From a virus: a stretch of 64,000 nt of DNA. This document shows, in pieces, positions 1-10,500 of this stretch. The translations under genes were made by a program, and so were the position numbers. The stretch lies in IMG/VR virus record IMGVR_UViG_3300022821_000014, positions 1 to 64,000 of that record, one strand, 5' to 3'. The notes below the pieces were generated by a model that saw only the letters and a program-made list of their open reading frames with translations, searched no databases and had not been told where the DNA came from. How positions within the stretch are numbered: the stretch's first letter is position 1; the number at the start of each line of letters is the position of its first letter.

Positions 1-531
1 AACCTTGTAGTTGAGTTTGTATTTACGACAAACAGCTTCTACAACTGCTAAATCTTGAGCAGACCTGTTTTTATGATATATGAGACAATCTATTTCCCCG
101 TTCCTGTCGACTGGTTTCCACTCTTCGGTATCAATCCCAACTGACCAAACTTGAATGTCTTTTTCTTTCATTAAATCAAACTGTTGATACTTCTCCTTGA
201 CCCACTGAGAAGGTACAACAAAATGGTCAAACATCTTGCACAGGGAAGGGTTGTCTGTCGGAAGCACAAAAAGGTTAGGCCCCATCAGAGCAGGCGCCTT
301 TTCCTGATGAAGTTCATTGATCAATTCAGGGTGGCAAAACTGCAAAACTCCTGTCATCGATGATGCAACCGAGGAGTGTACCCCAATAGGCACCAGTCCT
401 GCGGCGTCCAGCCCTTTTGTAAGATTCCGCACAACCATTCCTGGCCCTCGGTGGGTACTATTAGCGAAGAGCAGTCGGACGGTTTTATCGAATCTTGAGA
501 GGTCTTTGAGTACAATCATGGTTGACTTCAT
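1..531 (-). CDS. glycosyltransferase (GT-B/GT4-like), partial, runs off the window
   Basis: Manual translation MKSTMIVLKD...GPGMVVRNL...GPNLFVLP...VVPSQWVKEKY...WSVGIDTEEWKP; the VVPS..VK and GIDTE.W.P motifs are typical of GT4-like enzymes. Not in the ORF track. Confidence 0.6.
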   Translation of the reverse strand, partial: MKSTMIVLKDLSRFDKTVRLLFANSTHRGPGMVVRNLTKGLDAAGLVPIGVHSSVASSMTGVLQFCHPELINELHQEKAPALMGPNLFVLPTDNPSLCKMFDHFVVPSQWVKEKYQQFDLMKEKDIQVWSVGIDTEEWKPVDRNGEIDCLIYHKNRSAQDLAVVEAVCRKYKLNYKV

Positions 532-566
532 TCTACATCAACCAAATAAGGATTTATACTCCTGTG

Positions 567-3500
567 TTATCCTGTATTCCCACTTCCGCCTGAGGCTTCA
601 CCGCTGCTGTTTGCGTTACCTTCATTTTCACGAGCGACTGCGTCCCCAAGATGATCAAGTGCCGTTCCTACTGTGCTAATGAGCGAGCGATAGGTTCCCC
701 AGGCATCCGATGGTACAAAGGTGACACTTGTGCTGAAATCTCCTTGTGTGAACTTGTGTTCCACGCCTGTGATAGCGTAAAGGTTGTCAGCCGTAGTCCC
801 CGTCTGGAAATCAATGAAATAAGTTTGCATGAAGTTGAGAAGGGGATTCCCAACACAATCCATTGAAAGTTGTGTTGGGATAATTTGCATTGGAAGCCCA
901 CCAGAGTTTTCTCCGTTTGGCGTAATGGCCTCTTCACGTCGCATACTACGCAGAAGGTTGACTGTCGCAAGTTGTGAGTTCTGCATTGAAGCAAGGCTGG
1001 CTGCCTTCACTGTAGTTCCAGCTGCACCGTATATTATGTAAGGTGAATTTGCCATAATAAATTCCTTCAACTTCTGGGAACCTCCTACAACACGGTAAGT
1101 TCTTTCCGAGTTATTCGGCGTTTGCCTAGAATTGGCTTGTTCATTTCTTGTTTCTGATTCATATGGCAGCCACTCAATAAGTCCCATGCTGGTTGCAGAT
1201 TCAATAATGGTCGAAGCAATTTCTTGGTTGTTATCTACAACAGCCTGGTTTCCTCCTTCAAGATTTGGAAAACTGCCAATGGTACCAATTTGGTCTCGAC
1301 GTGTGGCCTGGATGAGTCGCCCAAGTGACTCGTAGGTTGTTGCTGCCTGGTCAAATACGTGGAGCCTTAATATTGTACGACCATTGGCCTCTTCAGAATC
1401 CTCACCATCATTCTGACCTACTTTCTCTGGAAGTGCCTCAACATATATCCCCACTTGAGGCATGCGGAAAGTTCCATCTGGAGTAACGCCCTGAAGCGCT
1501 CGTTCCATTCGAACACGGAACACAGCTGCATCATCACTGGCTGCGACTGTCGAACGGACTCGCCCCTCTTCATCTGGAAATGACAGACGATGCAAGGCCT
1601 CACCGTCGAGAGTCAAACCATAGGAATTAGCAGCTGGGTCGTCGACCAAGGTATCAGCAACAAAGTTCATGAACTGCTCAAGCGACATGACTGATGAACG
1701 TGAAATGTGTTCCAGGCGGTAACGTGCCAATTCATCAGCAAAATACTCGATATCCACAATGAAATTGGCTATGTTTAGTTTCGACGCTTGCCCTGCATAT
1801 TCGTTGAAAGGATAGAAGAACATCTGCACTTCGTCATAATTGCCAGTGTTAGCAAGCGGTTCTCCGACAAATAGCAGTAAAAGTTTGCCAAGGGAGCAAG
1901 GAAAGGTGTTAGAAATATTAGCTGTGAGTGCGCCACGTCTTGAGTCATTAAAGCGTCGCTGTGAGCTACGCTCACTTTGAGGTAGACTTCTACTTGAGAG
2001 ATATCTCTGCCCCCCGTTTCCATAACCTGGTAAAAGGAATGGGTCAGGGGAATCTTCAAGTTGTGTGACTTTGCGCCCAATTGATTCCTGAATGCTTCTT
2101 CTGAGCGTTGCGATAAGAGTCGGCTGACCAGACGGACCACTCGAACCCCCTCCACGGTGTTGGGTAACCTGATCACCATATAGTTCTTGAATGACTTCAT
2201 ATAGCCGACGAGCGCTCGGGTTTTCGCTTGTCCGATATGCTGTTCTAAATTGAGCCAGCGCTTCCCTTAGGTCGCTTCCGAGCACTGGGTTGTTTGTTGC
2301 ATCCTGAGCTGCATCAAGGATCTGGCGACCACGAATTTCAACTGAAGTAGTAGCTGTGCTTGCTGGGAATGCTCGTGCCCTCAACTCAGCAATTTGCCTT
2401 TGTAGTTCACCAATTTCACGAACCGTATTCGAAAAAGTTTCATTGTCGCTTGACATGAGTTCTGTGTCAAACTCTGAGGAGCCACGCATCGCAATGTTCA
2501 GTTTAATTGACACCTGTCCATCTGCTTCAAAGTTAAATGATGAGTTCACAACCATAAACTTTTCTTTGACACGCATGCCATCAATCAGATCACCATATGC
2601 GTTTTCTGAAACACTGATTTGACCGTCTGGGTGTGTCCAACCATACTCAATTGTAATTTCGTTGGTTCCATATAAGTCTGCTCGAATAAACTCCGCTACT
2701 TCTGGAAGGCGTGAACGGTCGTGAAGTAGAAGTGAGAGGCTGCCACGTTTAAAGCTCCTCAGACCTCTCGAAGGCTCAATTGTAATACTCAGATCAGACA
2801 AGGTCATCAGGGGACGAAACTTGTCAATGATTGGATTGGCTCTTGCTGAGAAGCTGGTATTGTCATCTGCATTTATCAAGGTTTGCGGTGCAGTAAACAA
2901 CTCCATACCTGCACGTGAATAGCGATCTGGTATTGGGTTTTCTTCCGTGGCATTCCTTGAGGAGATACTGGTCCCTTGGACCGTGTCGCCTTCAGCCATA
3001 ATGTCAAGTACTGAGCCTTCTTGTGGTATTACACCCCCGAGCAAAAACTTATTCAACGACAAGTTTTGAAGTCGACCAGATATATCGGACTTCGGCCCTC
3101 GTGGAAAGAAAAACTCAACATTAACATAAGGCATTGCACGTTGTAGTTCAACATTCGGAATTCCATTTAGAAAAATCGTTGCAGCTGCTGTATTTTGTGA
3201 TTCTAAGGTAACTCGTTTTGAATTGGAAAGGTATATCGAAAGTCCTGGGGCATCTTTGGTCGGCTGGTTAGGGGATGAATTAAGTCTTACATTCGAATCT
3301 CCACCTGGTGCGGAGTACCCTAGCATTTGACGAACTCCAGCAGTAGTAACTTCTCTGCGTTCTTCTTCGGATAACTCTGCGTTTCCAATAACAGCTTCTG
3401 GCCTGTAAAAAGTTGCATCTCCTTCATAGTGGACCTGGAGTAATTTTGCGAAGTCATTTTCCAGGACTTCACTTTGTTCAATTTGGGTATTGAAATTCTC

Positions 3501-3725
3501 CATGAAGGTAGTTGTTAAAAACGCACCATCCGAAGTATCGATCAGGTATTCAATAAGCGTCGCCTCGGTTTCTGTTGGCCTAGATATTTCTATGTCTACT
3601 GATGATTCGGAATCATTGACGCTGTCTAGTGAAATCCTTTCGGCCAACTCTCTTATGCTGTGGATACCGTAATATTTTCCTAGGACTTTAACAGCATTGG
3701 AAAGTTTTTGTTGTCTAGTAGGCAT
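567..3725 (-). CDS. baseplate hub / tail-associated structural protein
   Basis: 1052 aa downstream of the tape measure and LysM genes; C-terminal GNPLLNFMQTYFIDFQTGTTADNLYAITGVEHKFTQGDFSTSVTF resembles hub (gp27/gpD-like) C-termini. Confidence 0.55.
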   Translation of the reverse strand: MPTRQQKLSNAVKVLGKYYGIHSIRELAERISLDSVNDSESSVDIEISRPTETEATLIEYLIDTSDGAFLTTTFMENFNTQIEQSEVLENDFAKLLQVHYEGDATFYRPEAVIGNAELSEEERREVTTAGVRQMLGYSAPGGDSNVRLNSSPNQPTKDAPGLSIYLSNSKRVTLESQNTAAATIFLNGIPNVELQRAMPYVNVEFFFPRGPKSDISGRLQNLSLNKFLLGGVIPQEGSVLDIMAEGDTVQGTSISSRNATEENPIPDRYSRAGMELFTAPQTLINADDNTSFSARANPIIDKFRPLMTLSDLSITIEPSRGLRSFKRGSLSLLLHDRSRLPEVAEFIRADLYGTNEITIEYGWTHPDGQISVSENAYGDLIDGMRVKEKFMVVNSSFNFEADGQVSIKLNIAMRGSSEFDTELMSSDNETFSNTVREIGELQRQIAELRARAFPASTATTSVEIRGRQILDAAQDATNNPVLGSDLREALAQFRTAYRTSENPSARRLYEVIQELYGDQVTQHRGGGSSGPSGQPTLIATLRRSIQESIGRKVTQLEDSPDPFLLPGYGNGGQRYLSSRSLPQSERSSQRRFNDSRRGALTANISNTFPCSLGKLLLLFVGEPLANTGNYDEVQMFFYPFNEYAGQASKLNIANFIVDIEYFADELARYRLEHISRSSVMSLEQFMNFVADTLVDDPAANSYGLTLDGEALHRLSFPDEEGRVRSTVAASDDAAVFRVRMERALQGVTPDGTFRMPQVGIYVEALPEKVGQNDGEDSEEANGRTILRLHVFDQAATTYESLGRLIQATRRDQIGTIGSFPNLEGGNQAVVDNNQEIASTIIESATSMGLIEWLPYESETRNEQANSRQTPNNSERTYRVVGGSQKLKEFIMANSPYIIYGAAGTTVKAASLASMQNSQLATVNLLRSMRREEAITPNGENSGGLPMQIIPTQLSMDCVGNPLLNFMQTYFIDFQTGTTADNLYAITGVEHKFTQGDFSTSVTFVPSDAWGTYRSLISTVGTALDHLGDAVARENEGNANSSGEASGGSGNTG

Positions 3726-3788
3726 GTTATTGATTAAGTACTCTTATGACTCACTTCCTATGAAGTTTGAATCAACAGCTCTGTTTCC

Positions 3789-4082
3789 CTATCCGATAAA
3801 ACGAAACACGTCTTCCAGATTGGGAATTCGGATCTGCGTCCCAGGAGGAGCTTGAAGCATCCATCCAATATTGGATGCGGCCGCTATAACCCAGCTATAT
3901 CGCCCGTCACCATATGCTTTCCCAGCCAACGTATCAAGTCGCTCACGTTCTACTAAGGTGATTTCGTCAAAGCGTATATTACCATTTTTTATATTATTGC
4001 GAATTGCCGTAATCGCAAAAGAAGTGGCAAACCTCTTTTCCGCTCCAAGGATTCTTGTTCGTGCGTACCTGCTATTGACCAT
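3789..4082 (-). CDS. LysM-like baseplate protein (gp53/gpX-like)
   Basis: ERLDTLAGKAYGDGRYSWVIAAASNI...PGTQIRIP LysM-type pattern within the tail module. Confidence 0.7.
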   Translation of the reverse strand: MVNSRYARTRILGAEKRFATSFAITAIRNNIKNGNIRFDEITLVERERLDTLAGKAYGDGRYSWVIAAASNIGWMLQAPPGTQIRIPNLEDVFRFIG

Positions 4083-4096
4083 TCAAAGTTCCCTGT

Positions 4097-7000
4097 TTAT
4101 TGTTCATCTAAAGGAGTTGAACCTTCGTTTGGGCTGGTGAGAGATTCATTTGAGGTGGATTGAGCCCTGCTTGTCTGCTCTTCGGTGTCACCCGCTCTAC
4201 GAACCTTCATCTGTTGTAATATCGAACCAATGTTATAAATGGGTGCAGTCATGTTTCCATTTGAGTCAATGCCAGGATTTAAGTCGTGGACTGGTGCAAA
4301 CTCAAGAGTTATCGTGCACCATCTTGGTGCTTTGGAATTTTCCTCATTTGTCTCCCAAACGGCTCCATCCCAATCGAAGTTGAGGCTTTTAATAAAGCCA
4401 GCTAGGCCTTTTCCTCGTGTACTCCTAAAGGACTGAAAAATAGGATTTCCTCCTACTGAGCCTTGGCTGGTACCTGTTGAACCTGGACCATTGCTTGTAT
4501 TTGCTGCCTGCTCAGACGGAGTTGAGTTTCTCGTGGTCCCAGCTGTTCCATCTGGATTGAAGAAGTTAGCAACATCTTCACGTGTTGTTTCAAACTCAGT
4601 GGTGTCCCTGCCCTGGGTCGCATCCTCTACTGCTTGGGCGTTCACTGAAACTTCGTCTATCCTAATAAATGCATTGGCTTCAACCTGGCTGAAGTCGATC
4701 TCGTACAAGGTTCCTTGTTGTTCACCCGCCAAAGCAGGTTGAAAGGAAATGCGATAGACTCCAGGACTGACTTGACTGTTTACAACAGCCCGTGCACCAA
4801 TAGGCACATCTGGAATGCCTCCTCGACGACGGCTAGCACCTGCCCGCTCAACTTCTCTAATTCGGGCGGCGGTAACGCCCCTGGTAGGACTTGGAACACG
4901 CCTTATAGGCATTTGAGCCGTAAATTCTCTGCTACCTATCTGCAACACTTGTTCTTTGATGCGGAAAAATTCACCTTGGTTGAATACGGGGAGTTCTTCA
5001 ACCTGACCGACACCAAGCTGCCTATCTGTGATATTTTGCCGAAGTTGACGTATACGCTGCCGAGTTTCTGCATCAAATGCCGACTGTTGTTCCGAGATCT
5101 TGAATTTGCTAGAACCAAGCCCAAACAATCTAGCCAAATCAAATTCGCTGAAGTTCGACTTTATTAAATCACCAACTCTAAGACGGATCATAGGAGATGC
5201 AGCTGGTAGTTGGGAGAACGGCTGGATAAACTTTTGGCTGTCAAGAGTTATAGAACGACCTTGCGTATATTGTGGGTAGAGCATCATAAGCAGCTTGTTT
5301 AGCTTAAACCACATAGCATCGAAGTCACCTGGATTTACTGCCACAACCTTGAAACTAAGATTGATAGAACGATTAGTGTTCTTGTAAGTGTATATCTTGC
5401 CAATTCTTCCATAACCCTCTGATTCATTATATTCGGCACTATGTGAATCCGTAACTGAGTCCAGGAATGCATGGAAGGCTATTATTTCATTTGTCCTTAG
5501 ATCATGAAAATAGAATGGCATGTAGTATGAATCCAGGCGCTTTTCCATTTCATCTACAAAATCTCCAGGGAGACGTTTCTTGTCCGTGAGATTGTAATTG
5601 CGGCCCGAGGCCAACCTGTTGTAATTGTTTGTTTCACCAAACAACTCTTCAGCATTTAATATGTCACTATTAATCATGTACATCGACGGAAGAGTATCAG
5701 CGCCCCAGGCAAGCGAGTTTCTGTATTTTGGCCCAAGGCGATCAGACAAACGACTTTTCTTAATCAGAGCTGCTGGGTTTGGAACTTTAGACGTTGTTGG
5801 ATTCGGGCCAAGACCAACTTCACTATAATAATCATTTACACCATCGACAGTCGATTCATCGGTTGATTCTGGCGCAGCCAGCAGGGAAACATCTCCAATA
5901 CTAGCCAGGATATTCATAAACTTAAGAAATTTTGATTCTTTTATGAGGCGAACAGAACCCGCCAAAGCAATTGGGTCACTGTTGGACCCGACTAGTGGAT
6001 TGTAATCAGCCAGGCCACGAGCAGATGAAGAGGCCCCTGGGCCGCCGACAAGTGTTTCCACACTGCCACCAACCGTAGCTAATGGATCGGTAACAGAGCG
6101 GACCAACAACCTGAGGATGCCATTATAGTACCCTGGGTTATTAACAACTTTGGTTGCTGCTGCCCCTAGAGACCTGCCAACAGAACCTACATTGCTAATG
6201 TCAGTATCAAGACCAAAAAATTGCCTTAGTCCCTCTTGAACAGCCGACCCATAGTTATTAGCCGTTTGTATGAGCAAGTTCCCGCCGAGGCCCAGGGCAT
6301 CTAAACCGAAATCAGGATTACTAGTGTCCATCTGAGGCACGAAATGACCCAGGCGTTTCTTCTTGTTTTCCCCAGGCGTGGTTTTGTCTACGTTCAAGCT
6401 ACTTGGATTAGCATTTTCAAGCAATGCTGCTAGTGCTCTAAAAATAGTAGCAAACACACCCACCAGGAGCGTGCTAACCAACAAGCTAGACTGCCCACTG
6501 GATATTGTGTCGAAAGGCACTAAAGGGTTGTTAACAGAGCCAAATGTCGGCTTGCCAACTCCAGCGAGATCAATTTCTACATTCGGCTTGCGAACGTCGT
6601 TATTAATTTTGTTGATAACTTCCTGGGCACCGAAACGGCTAGAATCTATCCTAAAACCCAACCTGGCAATACCAGGAGCAGCTGCCGCTGCTGCTTGTGC
6701 CGCAACTACCTGTTCTAGGTCTTCGAAGTCCGTAGGGATATAAACTTCACCAGAGGCTTCCAGGAGAATCCGACAGCCAAGGCTTCTAAGATTGCTAATG
6801 GTGACCGTCGGGTCCTGCTCAGCATTCTTGAATGTTTTTTGAGGCGAATGTGTACCCAGCCTGCTTTGGATGACGTGCCTACCAGGGCCTGAGTCGTCCT
6901 CAGTGGGCCTGTCAGGGGTTACAAATAAGTCATCTGGTCCATGCAGTGCATTTAAACTTATGGTCCTTGAGACCTCATCTGAGACGATCCCTGGGCTCTC

Positions 7001-7387
7001 TCTAAGAACGGTCAAAAGGGTTGAGGCTTGCTGTTCTGTTTCAGTGTCCAAATCTCCTTTGTCGCCTGGGACGGTTTTTCGCTCGAACTGTCCACTATTT
7101 CCAATTTGCTCGTGATAACCACGAGCCTCTATAGGTTGTTTTGCGAGGTAGGTGTCATCTCGCTCAGGTGTGTCGTCAAAAGTTGTAGCCCCAGGGCTAT
7201 CACTAATTTTGGCAGTTGACGTATTGTTCCCGTCAGTCAGCTTTTGACGAAAGTAGTCGCCAATTTTTTGCTTCGTATCATTTGAATAATCGTCTTCTTC
7301 AAAACGTAATAGTGGGTCATCACCAAGTGGTGCCCTCTCAGTGTTTTCCAGATCAATTTTCTGTGGGATGTCGTCTCTATCTACCAT
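4097..7387 (-). CDS. baseplate/tail-tube initiator-like structural protein
   Basis: Contains YMPFYFHDLRTNEIIAFHAFLDSVTDSHSAEYNESEGYGRIGKIYTYKNTNRSINLSF and GFIKSLNFDW, tube-initiator-like segments; lies after the tape measure gene. Confidence 0.55.
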   Translation of the reverse strand: MVDRDDIPQKIDLENTERAPLGDDPLLRFEEDDYSNDTKQKIGDYFRQKLTDGNNTSTAKISDSPGATTFDDTPERDDTYLAKQPIEARGYHEQIGNSGQFERKTVPGDKGDLDTETEQQASTLLTVLRESPGIVSDEVSRTISLNALHGPDDLFVTPDRPTEDDSGPGRHVIQSRLGTHSPQKTFKNAEQDPTVTISNLRSLGCRILLEASGEVYIPTDFEDLEQVVAAQAAAAAAPGIARLGFRIDSSRFGAQEVINKINNDVRKPNVEIDLAGVGKPTFGSVNNPLVPFDTISSGQSSLLVSTLLVGVFATIFRALAALLENANPSSLNVDKTTPGENKKKRLGHFVPQMDTSNPDFGLDALGLGGNLLIQTANNYGSAVQEGLRQFFGLDTDISNVGSVGRSLGAAATKVVNNPGYYNGILRLLVRSVTDPLATVGGSVETLVGGPGASSSARGLADYNPLVGSNSDPIALAGSVRLIKESKFLKFMNILASIGDVSLLAAPESTDESTVDGVNDYYSEVGLGPNPTTSKVPNPAALIKKSRLSDRLGPKYRNSLAWGADTLPSMYMINSDILNAEELFGETNNYNRLASGRNYNLTDKKRLPGDFVDEMEKRLDSYYMPFYFHDLRTNEIIAFHAFLDSVTDSHSAEYNESEGYGRIGKIYTYKNTNRSINLSFKVVAVNPGDFDAMWFKLNKLLMMLYPQYTQGRSITLDSQKFIQPFSQLPAASPMIRLRVGDLIKSNFSEFDLARLFGLGSSKFKISEQQSAFDAETRQRIRQLRQNITDRQLGVGQVEELPVFNQGEFFRIKEQVLQIGSREFTAQMPIRRVPSPTRGVTAARIREVERAGASRRRGGIPDVPIGARAVVNSQVSPGVYRISFQPALAGEQQGTLYEIDFSQVEANAFIRIDEVSVNAQAVEDATQGRDTTEFETTREDVANFFNPDGTAGTTRNSTPSEQAANTSNGPGSTGTSQGSVGGNPIFQSFRSTRGKGLAGFIKSLNFDWDGAVWETNEENSKAPRWCTITLEFAPVHDLNPGIDSNGNMTAPIYNIGSILQQMKVRRAGDTEEQTSRAQSTSNESLTSPNEGSTPLDEQ

Positions 7388-7404
7388 GTTGACTCACAGG
7401 GTAA

Positions 7405-7569
7405 TTACTCATCCTGTAAGTTTCGGATAGGATTAAGTAATTTCCGCTCAAATTGTTCTGTGATCTCACGGAGTGCTTTTACCACCACCTCCCGTTCGTC
7501 GTCTGGCAGATTTTTTAGAAGCTCCTGATAGATCGGGTCCTGTAAGAATTTTTCAAATAGTTCTGACAT
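7405..7569 (-). CDS. small hypothetical protein (54 aa)
   Basis: MSELFEKFLQDPIYQELLKNLPDDEREVVVKALREITEQFERKLLNPIRNLQDE fills the gap after the tape measure gene; below the ORF-track cutoff. Confidence 0.6.
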   Translation of the reverse strand: MSELFEKFLQDPIYQELLKNLPDDEREVVVKALREITEQFERKLLNPIRNLQDE

Positions 7570-7572
7570 GTT

Positions 7573-10500
7573 TTATTCTAGTCCTGCGAACCTAGAGTTA
7601 GGCCTGGAAATAAGCACATTCTCCAATTCTTGGGCATCGATATTTACAGTGAAGTTGACGTGGAACTGGATTGGCTCTTCTCTTATATCAAGACGTCCAG
7701 TAGAGCGTAGGCCAAGTTTGTTATTTAGTTCACGGAGTCGGGTATTAATGTTTATCACTCTCAGCCGCTGGAGTGCCGAATCAATGTCACCTATGTGTTG
7801 CACCATTCCCACTACAGCATCTTTTGTCATCATCATTAGGTTGGTGTCAATAGTTTCTACACCAGCAAAATACTCACCATTGGTAAAGTTTGCCACTCCT
7901 TCCAAAATTGAGCCAAGTGATCGCAGGGCACCTAGGAATCCACCTGCACCCGTTTCAAGGCTGGGACCTAGCTCAGAAAACAGTTCCATCGGTCGACCGA
8001 TTCCTCTAACAAAATCTGTAAGTGTAAAGCGACCACCTGGATTATAAATCACTTTGAAAACTGCACACAACGAATCGCTCATACGGTTTCCCATCTCCGT
8101 GATGTCTCCGTTGGCCGATCCTGACAAGAAGCTGGTTGTTTGTTCGATTATTTGACCTATGGCTTCAAATATTGTTGAAATCGACTCAACACCGACCTTA
8201 ATATTTCGGCCAGCACGAGGGCTTATAGCAGAGAATGTACTGACTAAATTGTCCAGCATTCCAGTTATTCCTTCGCCAAAGCCACTTGTAACAGCCTCAA
8301 CAACACTAACCAGGGAAGCCATAATGCTTCCTATTTGTTCAGGGTTCGACGCAACCCCTGTGCTATTAGCAAGGTTTCCTACCAAGGCTGACATGCCAGC
8401 TATGGCAGTAAACATTGAGGAAATTAGTGGCGTTGCAGCTTTCAATGCTCCTAACTGTGAACTATCCAGACCAGTAATGGCATCAACAACTAGCCTGACC
8501 ACGTTTACCATACGTGTGAAAATATTACTTCCGTCTGTTCCAATTATTGCATCCAAAAGTGTGGTTATTACCCTGCCGATAGTTCTGCTGACACTTCCTA
8601 GCTCACTGGGATTGTCACGGAACTCCTGTGTAACAAATGTAGTCATCATTCTTGCAAGTGTGCCGACGGCACCGATTATTTCTCCCAGTGCAGATGCTGC
8701 GGTAATCGCTTCTTCGGAGAAACCACCAGAACCTGCCAGCTGGTTTATTTGTTCTACTATTTGTGTTAACGCTCCTTTAATACTGTTAATCACAGTGACA
8801 ATAAACATAGCAAGTTGTGTTGTACGAGCATTAACGGTGTCTCCAGTCAACTCTCCCCACAGGCTGGTGTCGTTGAATGAATCTGGCGGGCGTAAATCTC
8901 TGGCAACTGTACCGATTGTTGAAAGCATATCAGCCAAAAACCTGGTTCTCTCCATGGCGCCGGTGTCACCACTTATACCCTCTAGTCTATCGGCCTCGGA
9001 TATAAGTGTGCTAATGACATCCGTCATTGATGCCGTCATGGTTTGCACTAGTCTTCCAACTGAATTTAGTCGATCAGTCATCGACTCACCTTGTCCCAGG
9101 AGATCTGCCAGGCCAGGTGAAGTTGCTGCCGCAATTGTACCAACGTCAGCAGCAAAACTACCAATAGCTGTCAACACACTTGTAAACAGGTCCATCTTTC
9201 GTTCAGTTGCTGAGTCTAATCTAATTCTACCAATGGCTTGTAACACCTGAACCGTTGTGTCTACCATAGCGAGGATGACATTAGACAAAGCAGCCAAACC
9301 AGTTAGGATGACGGCGGCGCCTGCGCCATAAGTAGCAACTATTACTGTGCCGATTACTCCCGCTGCCGCAGCTACCGCCGCCGCTGCCAAGAAAAACACA
9401 CTCGTCGCTTGCATTATCCTAACCGTTTTATTAATAGATGATTCTGAGTAGCTCTGGAACATGTCGATCATCTCCCTAGCCCCCAGTGCCATCGCAGCGC
9501 CGACCAATCCAATCGCAGCTACGCCGATTATAACTTGCAATGCAAAGCTCTTAATTGCCTCACCCGCCAGTGCCAAAACTGCTATTACTCCAGCAATCTC
9601 TAACATGACAGCACCCGTAGCAATCATAATCAAGGCGGCGCCTTTAATTGCTTCAATCGATATCCCCGCTTTTTGGATATGTCCAGCCAACGCCGTCATG
9701 GCCAAGGCAACAGCAATCAACCCTACAGTGATAACAGTAGCCAACAATGCCATCTTAGCTACATCCCCAGGTGAAATACGTGTGCGTCTTGCTGCCTTGA
9801 CAGCATCACCTGCGCTGCTTGCAGCCTCGCCAACTGCGCTCGCCTGTCGACCGCCACGAGAGACTGAACCACCCCTGGCCACCCTATCCATTCCTTTGAG
9901 TGCACCAGATATAGCGCCTGGTGCTCCTTTGACCGCCGAGCCAATTCCAAACACCATTGACTTTAGAAGACCGCCAGCCAAAGCTGTACCGAGGCCTCGA
10001 ACGAGGCCTCCTATAACTGCTGGACCGAATAAAACACCAAGGATAGTTGGCCAGTTGTCTTCCAGGAAACTTGTGAGTCTTGGACGAACAAAACCCCAAC
10101 CCGCCTCTAACATCTCTGTAAATGATTCCCAGAGCTGGTTCATCAGCCGTCGTCCTTCAGAACTTTCGAAGAAGCTGACAATAGGCTCAAAAACTTCCAT
10201 TAGGAAGCCCATTACCCCAGACGATGCATCTTGCGCCGCTCCTGCCATGGTGCCCATTGGGTCACCAGAAATGAATGATGTTATTCCCCTAAAAACTTCT
10301 GTTAACCCAGAGATGACTTGCCTGGCAAGCCCTGCAAAAATAACCGCCAGGGCCTTTCCAAAAGTTTTGAATCCATTTAACATCCGTCGTCCAGAAGGCG
10401 TACTTGAATCAAACCAGTCAGTAAAAGATTCCTTTAATCGATCAAGCAAGTTAGACAAGGCTAAATTGGGATTGGTTGTCATTTCCTTAAAGAAGTCCCT